The notes under the pieces: model-generated
Told to the model about the DNA's origin: nothing
What the model saw: only the letters and a program-made list of their open reading frames with translations
The model's database searches: none
Shown: positions 53,950-59,346 of the stretch, in pieces
Layout: every line of letters begins with the position of its first letter
How positions within the stretch are numbered: the first letter of the stretch is position 1
Made by a program: the position numbers and the translations under genes
Virus record (IMG/VR): IMGVR_UViG_3300023235_000989
Location: 1-59,346 of that record
Origin: a virus
Lineage: Duplodnaviria > Caudoviricetes
Strand: one strand, 5' to 3'
Length of the DNA: 59,346 nucleotides

Positions 53950-56900
53950 TTATTCCACCCCAATTGCCGTAGACACAATTCCCCATGAACCGCTTACAGC
54001 CCAAACTGCATTATAATGCCCCGGCATGGTATAATCATGTGTCTTAACAGAATTGGCGAACTGCGTTCCGCTAGGTGTCTCCATGCTATTCATCAAGCTT
54101 TCTTGCTGATCGCAGAAGTTCGTATATTCTAATATACCACTTGTCGTTTCTAGGTCGGCGTGATGAGTGAAGAATACTCGATGGATAGCACTGCCACTTA
54201 GTGGTGTCCCAGAAATTGAGATAGACGGCAAGCTAGCAAGATATGTTCCAGATTCAGAACCACTTGGAACAAGCAAGAATTCTCTCACGCAACTAGAACG
54301 ATACCCATAGCTATCCAATACTTCAATTGCTACGTTGTAGAGTCCCGGAGTTTCAAAAGTCCTTGATGCTTGGTATAGACCACTGAATGACACTCCATCA
54401 ACTAGGGTTCCATCTTCACCCTTCTTGAAGTCGGCGAACGTAAACCTCACCTTGCTGACATCCTTCTGATCCTGGGCGATGCCGCTTCCCTCTACCGTCA
54501 AAGTATAAGGAGTTCCAGACGCAATCAAGCCGACCTCTGGCATTTCCAAAGTGCAGACCGGTGGTTGGGTTATTCTGATTACACCGAGCCTAGAGTCAAA
54601 GCCATAGATCTCAGTCTTTTCTACACCAAGACGTGCGTCAAAATCCTTTGAGGTTACAATCTCAAACGTGAGGGTTACATCAAACTCATCCAGTGTCTGA
54701 CATGCACCAAAGGTATAGGATCCGAGTAGTCCGCTCACGATACCAAGACCGTGCATGAAGTGACCAAATATACCGCTTTGAGAAGCTATACCATGGGTGA
54801 ATCCACCAGTCAAGCCACTAGCGAAAGCGCGACCATGAATAAAGCCACCATACTCATTGACGATGCCGGACACACCACTGATACTACCACCGAATAGATC
54901 AATGTCTTGACCTAGACCATGCATGTATGCGCCGATCATACCCGACACTATTTCCTGGTTGATACCACTCATCCACATACCATACGTGGAGTTGATAGTT
55001 CCAGCGTTACTCGTGAAATTGTAGGAATTTGCTGCTAGTCCAGAAATCTCAGGTAGGGTCAATACCCTACTGAATAGCATTGTGTCATCTAGAACACCAG
55101 AGAATGCGCTACCGCCATTGACGGCATTACCCTCTTGGTCTCCACGACCACCAAGCGAGAGACCAGAGTTGTTCGCTACAATCTCCCCAAGTGGGGTGAA
55201 TGAGGTGCCAGCATAGCGACCATTGACGATCACACCAAACTCGTTGTTGTCTTGATCGTAAGTAACAGCTAGATGATTCCATTCTTGTGGAGCTAGATCA
55301 CCATTCTGTCCAGACACACTGCTATTAGCCGCAAGTGCTTGTGCGGTAAGTGAACTTTGAGGTGTGAATACCTTGATGCCGGTTGGTGATGCGGATGGAC
55401 CACTTCCCTTATTCATGATTACATGAAGATCGGTAGCACTGGGGATGGGTGGCTTGAGCCAAGTCAACATGGTCCACGATTGGGTTCCAGAGCCAAGATC
55501 AAGACGGCGAGATCCTGGGTTTGATGGAATTGTATCTAGGTATTCCAATCGACGGACTACGACACCACTAGAGTGGACAGACCCTTCCACACCGACCTTA
55601 TGCCCGTCAGTATTGATTGGGAATAGGGTATTGTTTTCCCTACCGAAGTCTAGAACCTTATTTCCAGCCTTGTCAAACTTCCAGTGGCTGATATTAGCTG
55701 GGTCCGTAACCGACACATCCCCACTGACCAAGACGATATCATCGATAGCTCCACGCTTGGTGCGAATCCAACTAGCGTCATCTAGATGACCAAGATGCAT
55801 GAACGCCAGTCCCATCCTGGTGGTCTGTGGGAATCCATAATCTAGATTTGGAGCATTCAGGATACTGAATCCACTAGCGCCCACTGCCTGTGGGATCTGA
55901 TCAGATAGTCCGAATGTTTCATCAATAGCGTATCTTACCTCTACCGTCTCACTCAGTTCAGCTTGCACCACCTGAGCCCGTAAGGCAAAACCTGATGAGA
56001 ACACATTGCAACCAATGAAGAATGGGCTGTTGAATGGCACCTCGTTTTCGGAGGTGTATTCAACTAGTGATGATGCGCTATCTCTAAACTTGATGTGTGG
56101 TTTGTTGTCTTGAATACCAAGGAACCACGACTGCTCTGTGGATACCTGTGACCATGCTCCCATGATCATATGATCACCGTCTAGACCACTACTACCATGT
56201 CCCTCGGAGCCTAAATCGCCAGAAGGTAGGTATACCCAAGCGCCAGCGGAGAATCCGCTCGTAGCAAACAGATTCTGTGCGGAGGCATCTAGGTTATCCC
56301 CATGAAGAACTCTCTCAAGCGACATCATAGATCCGCTAAGTGAGACATTCAATCCGCTACTCACTGACGAAAGTTCTGTGTTGAGTCTACCACCAAGCGT
56401 AAAGAGACCACTAGTGTTGGTCAGGTGATGTGAATACCAACTATGATCATCTAGCCTAATGCCAGAAACAAATGTTGGGTCATAGTTTACGAATTCGTCC
56501 AAAGGCCAGTATCCCACCAACGCCTTTTGCGGAGTGCTAAGAACTGGTCCTGGTGCCGGGGTCGCAATATTGGCTAGACCGAATCCAGACATCTCTGGGA
56601 TAGACAAGATCCTATTGTAAACAGCAAAGCTGTCGAATTCCACCGACCGCACATTCTGCGGGGCAAATCCAAACCAACCAGCCTCTCCGTCTAGTCCGTC
56701 TGATGCAAATCCAGATGCTGATGAGATTTGCTGGGTCATCTGAAAGACCGTCTTCGCATCTCTGACCATATACATCTGGCCACATTTGACATCGAATACA
56801 CCAGCCCATAGATGCCAGCCGTCATCACCTGTATCAAATTCCGGATCCGAAACAGATGACGAATTACTTAAGCCAAGTTGACCGCCATATGAATTTGTCG

Positions 56901-58536
56901 CATCGCTGTTTCGTGATGTAAATCTAACGCTAGGTAGTGTTCCTATGCCTGTTCCACTAGCTAGTGCATTGACGGATAACGCATTTGTATTACCACCGAC
57001 ACCACCATTTTGAGACTCGGCAAAGAAATTATTGTGACGACCATCACGACCGAACCATCCAAATCCACCACCGACAAGATTCGTGCCAGTGGGAACTGAC
57101 CTCATCCATCCAATAACAGTCATACCCTCATCTACGGTATGTCCACTTGGGAATAGTAGGGAGAGACCACTGTTCGCTGGAATCAGCGGATATGCCTTTG
57201 ACGCCCGTAGGGCTTCACCACCAGTAGCGCCTAGGATGCTTTGGTCACCCAGAACCCTAATCGCACGACCGCCCCCTATGCCATCGACAAACGACATCTG
57301 AGATGGAGTTCCACTAAGAGATAGGTTTAGTCTTGGGTCAGTTAAGGTATCTGGTGCTGTGTTATCACCATTGTCACTATCAAATCCCCAGTATGCTACT
57401 AGACCGCTTGACTGAGGAAACTCTGGAACGAATCCACTGCTTTCCGGATTGGACGTTTCGATATACCGCATGCCGCTAAGTGCATAATGCGCGATTTGAT
57501 CCTGATCGAGATTACCATCTGCTACATATACGACTTCGTCAATCTCTCCACCGTTAGGTAGGTGTCTATTAGTTGTCGTGCCATCTCTAACTCCTTCCGA
57601 GCTAGACCCAAACGTCATCGGGTTGCCACCAATTCCTGGCCCGGCGTAGTTTGCAACGATGTTTGGCCCTCTGAACATTATGGAGCTAGATCCGATGATA
57701 CCGCTCTCGGCAGTGCCGACCCAAATCGTCATCTGCCCACTGCCATTAGCAGTAAAGCTACGGTTCTCTTCTACGTCTTCTCTTCTAACCTGAGCGGCGA
57801 AAAAGAATGGTTCATATGGATTACCCGGAAAGTTAGGGACAGCCTCGTTTCTAACCGCAGCATCAACAAACCATCCTGGGTCGTTGGTAACAGTAACACC
57901 ATGAACAATTGAACCGTTGAGTGGACTGATAAGGTTGGCTTCCGATGCCATAATGAGAGAAATAGCCATTGAGTCGCCGGGTGGGGAATGACTAGCAATG
58001 TCCTGCCATGTCACACGCCACTGCACCATGCTTCCCAATCCACCCTCTTGAGTGGATCGACTAACGATGTTTTGTGCTGTGCTAACTCCTGGCGACTTCC
58101 TTCCTGGGCGACACCAGCCAATGACGGTGAACCCAGAATACATTGCAACTCCGTGACTAAGAGTTCCATGTGTCTCATTAGAAGCGGCGTAATTTTCGAT
58201 TACGGTATCTGAAGGAACATAAATCGTATCAGCGTTAGCTCCATCATCCCAAAGAAATCTGATGCCACTTCCGTCGAGTGCCCATGGGGCTAATCCCGAC
58301 GTTGGTTGTATTAACGCTTCAGGAGTATCAGAAATGAAGTATGGCTTAAGGTGATGCTTCTGAGGACCAGAATCAACTAGAAGACCAGAGAGATAGTTAG
58401 TCGAGGTCTGCTCTTCCGGAGTCTGGAAATTATTCTTAGGCGTATCGTCGCCAAAGCGCCACCAGCCTTGAATCAGGGGGTTGTCACTTCTCCAATAATC
58501 GTAGTTCGATCCGTTAGGTTGCCACTCGCGTGTCAT
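53950..58536 (-). CDS. large tail fibre/adhesin-like virion protein with several LamG (concanavalin-like) domains and PKD-like C-terminal modules
   Basis: Repeated LVAYWGFD/LVGYWPLD/ISHWKFD domain starts, WNHLAVTYD, FSGVLDD..LFSRVL, and C-terminal TPGLYNV and HDYTMPGHY. Confidence 0.75.
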   Translation of the reverse strand: MTREWQPNGSNYDYWRSDNPLIQGWWRFGDDTPKNNFQTPEEQTSTNYLSGLLVDSGPQKHHLKPYFISDTPEALIQPTSGLAPWALDGSGIRFLWDDGANADTIYVPSDTVIENYAASNETHGTLSHGVAMYSGFTVIGWCRPGRKSPGVSTAQNIVSRSTQEGGLGSMVQWRVTWQDIASHSPPGDSMAISLIMASEANLISPLNGSIVHGVTVTNDPGWFVDAAVRNEAVPNFPGNPYEPFFFAAQVRREDVEENRSFTANGSGQMTIWVGTAESGIIGSSSIMFRGPNIVANYAGPGIGGNPMTFGSSSEGVRDGTTTNRHLPNGGEIDEVVYVADGNLDQDQIAHYALSGMRYIETSNPESSGFVPEFPQSSGLVAYWGFDSDNGDNTAPDTLTDPRLNLSLSGTPSQMSFVDGIGGGRAIRVLGDQSILGATGGEALRASKAYPLIPANSGLSLLFPSGHTVDEGMTVIGWMRSVPTGTNLVGGGFGWFGRDGRHNNFFAESQNGGVGGNTNALSVNALASGTGIGTLPSVRFTSRNSDATNSYGGQLGLSNSSSVSDPEFDTGDDGWHLWAGVFDVKCGQMYMVRDAKTVFQMTQQISSASGFASDGLDGEAGWFGFAPQNVRSVEFDSFAVYNRILSIPEMSGFGLANIATPAPGPVLSTPQKALVGYWPLDEFVNYDPTFVSGIRLDDHSWYSHHLTNTSGLFTLGGRLNTELSSVSSGLNVSLSGSMMSLERVLHGDNLDASAQNLFATSGFSAGAWVYLPSGDLGSEGHGSSGLDGDHMIMGAWSQVSTEQSWFLGIQDNKPHIKFRDSASSLVEYTSENEVPFNSPFFIGCNVFSSGFALRAQVVQAELSETVEVRYAIDETFGLSDQIPQAVGASGFSILNAPNLDYGFPQTTRMGLAFMHLGHLDDASWIRTKRGAIDDIVLVSGDVSVTDPANISHWKFDKAGNKVLDFGRENNTLFPINTDGHKVGVEGSVHSSGVVVRRLEYLDTIPSNPGSRRLDLGSGTQSWTMLTWLKPPIPSATDLHVIMNKGSGPSASPTGIKVFTPQSSLTAQALAANSSVSGQNGDLAPQEWNHLAVTYDQDNNEFGVIVNGRYAGTSFTPLGEIVANNSGLSLGGRGDQEGNAVNGGSAFSGVLDDTMLFSRVLTLPEISGLAANSYNFTSNAGTINSTYGMWMSGINQEIVSGMIGAYMHGLGQDIDLFGGSISGVSGIVNEYGGFIHGRAFASGLTGGFTHGIASQSGIFGHFMHGLGIVSGLLGSYTFGACQTLDEFDVTLTFEIVTSKDFDARLGVEKTEIYGFDSRLGVIRITQPPVCTLEMPEVGLIASGTPYTLTVEGSGIAQDQKDVSKVRFTFADFKKGEDGTLVDGVSFSGLYQASRTFETPGLYNVAIEVLDSYGYRSSCVREFLLVPSGSESGTYLASLPSISISGTPLSGSAIHRVFFTHHADLETTSGILEYTNFCDQQESLMNSMETPSGTQFANSVKTHDYTMPGHYNAVWAVSGSWGIVSTAIGVE

Positions 58537-59086
58537 TGCTTGCTCCTATGTATAATGGATCTGCACTGAAGCGATGTAGAATCTCGCCTGAGTCATCTAG
58601 AACGTCCGCGTTTACTGACTGCAAGCATAGCGAATTAGCGTCGAATGGCAGTGGGTTATGAAGTGGGATATGACAGATCTTACCACTCTCATCAGTAGGG
58701 TCTAGGTGCTCAACCAAGTAAACAGAATCTCCCATACCGAATGAATGGTCATGCCTATTATCAGTTTCTACGATGCCTTCCATCGTGAGCACAAACATCT
58801 TTAGGTCCGTTATCCTTTGCACTACTCCAGCCCTCATGTTGACACTTGACATTGCCGTGAACGATACTATGGTCTTTGGCTCTTGAGATTTTGGAAGCTC
58901 TATCGTGGCGACATGCTTTCTCTCGCGGCTGAATAAGTCCACGAACCTTAGTTCTAGAGTGTAGATACTAGTGTCTTGTTCGTCATGAGAATGAATCAAT
59001 CGTGACGATGCATCTAGAAACCTACTCTTCATCCTTTCAAACCCCATCCTAATAAATAGCCACTCCCCCAAAGGAGGAGCAGCCAT
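58514..59086 (-). CDS. hypothetical protein
   Basis: 190-aa ORF in the gene train. Confidence 0.6.
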   Translation of the reverse strand: MAAPPLGEWLFIRMGFERMKSRFLDASSRLIHSHDEQDTSIYTLELRFVDLFSRERKHVATIELPKSQEPKTIVSFTAMSSVNMRAGVVQRITDLKMFVLTMEGIVETDNRHDHSFGMGDSVYLVEHLDPTDESGKICHIPLHNPLPFDANSLCLQSVNADVLDDSGEILHRFSADPLYIGASNDTRVAT

Positions 59087-59104
59087 GATCCAGTCTACTG
59101 CCGA

Positions 59105-59290
59105 TTAGCCCACGGTGAATGGGTTCGTCGCAGTCACTTCGTTTACCGACAAGCGGCTCACAAAGATCGCAGCACCGAGAAACGCGCCACTGGTGACATT
59201 TACGTCACTGTAGAGCAATAGCGTGCGAGACTTGCTCATACGCATGCGGTTTGCACGGTTGGTGCTGGAAGTTGCATTGATAGTTGCCAT
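59105..59290 (-). CDS. small hypothetical (possibly virion) protein
   Basis: 61 aa with a very strong AAGGAGG RBS. Confidence 0.6.
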   Translation of the reverse strand: MATINATSSTNRANRMRMSKSRTLLLYSDVNVTSGAFLGAAIFVSRLSVNEVTATNPFTVG

Positions 59291-59307
59291 GTTTCCTCCT
59301 TAAGGTT

Positions 59308-59321
59308 AAGAACTAGTTCTT
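59308..59321. repeat. perfect 14-bp palindrome AAGAACTAGTTCTT
   Basis: Just upstream of the RBS of 59105..59290; same ACTAGT centre as the palindrome at 51503. Confidence 0.65.
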
Positions 59322-59346
59322 GCTAGCGGGGAGAACATCCCCACGT

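Noticed and set aside
553-58212. All plus-strand ORFs and nested alternate-frame minus ORFs in the track
   Set aside because: They lie antisense to or inside well-supported minus-strand genes, have no recognisable motifs, and would break the one-strand organisation.
59326-59344. Hairpin GTGGGGA-TGTTC-TCCCCGC as an intrinsic terminator
   Set aside because: There is no U-tract after the stem on the coding strand, and the upstream context is cut off by the window edge.
1-59346. Stop-codon reassignment (TAG or TGA recoding), prompted by the abundance of CTAG
   Set aside because: Long conserved genes are intact under the standard code, and both TAG (e.g. gmd, ssb) and TGA (e.g. dut, guaB) end genes at their expected C-termini.
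1-59346. tRNA, rRNA or other structured ncRNA genes
   Set aside because: Intergenic gaps are short and explained by promoter motifs or endonuclease scars; no cloverleaf or T-loop signature was noticed by eye (not a computed scan).

Overview
This window is a gene-dense segment of a large (jumbo-type) tailed dsDNA phage. All credible genes are on the minus strand, many joined by ATGA/TAATG stop-start overlaps, and the genetic code is standard. Reading in the direction of transcription (right to left): (1) about 46.6-59.3 kb holds virion-type proteins, including a 1528-aa multi-LamG protein, that are strongly enriched in Ser-Gly; (2) about 33.7-46.5 kb is a bacterial-type replication and transcription block (RecA, DnaB, primase, HAD, dNMP kinase, RecB/Cas4-like nuclease, DnaE, SSB, sigma factor); (3) about 13.7-33.7 kb is a 20 kb glycan-biosynthesis island (about 10 glycosyltransferase-like genes, Gmd, an Fcl/ColC-like reductase, a His-type ColD-like PLP enzyme, a Lys-type DegT aminotransferase, a sugar formyltransferase, a methyltransferase) with an embedded PRTase-GuaB/GuaC-SLOG trio; (4) about 0-13.6 kb covers recombination and nucleotide metabolism (Rad52-like SSAP, Whirly-like protein, dUTPase, FAD oxidoreductase, class II RNR, dCMP deaminase, ThyX, partial IscA). 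Non-coding and structural signals include six copies of a bipartite promoter-like motif (ACGA-N12-G[A/C]CACATAAT) and a series of homing endonuclease genes whose nuclease cores have been deleted. The leading hypothesis is a phage-encoded virion O-glycosylation system that targets Ser-Gly motifs. All family calls come from recognising motifs by eye; no database searches were run.
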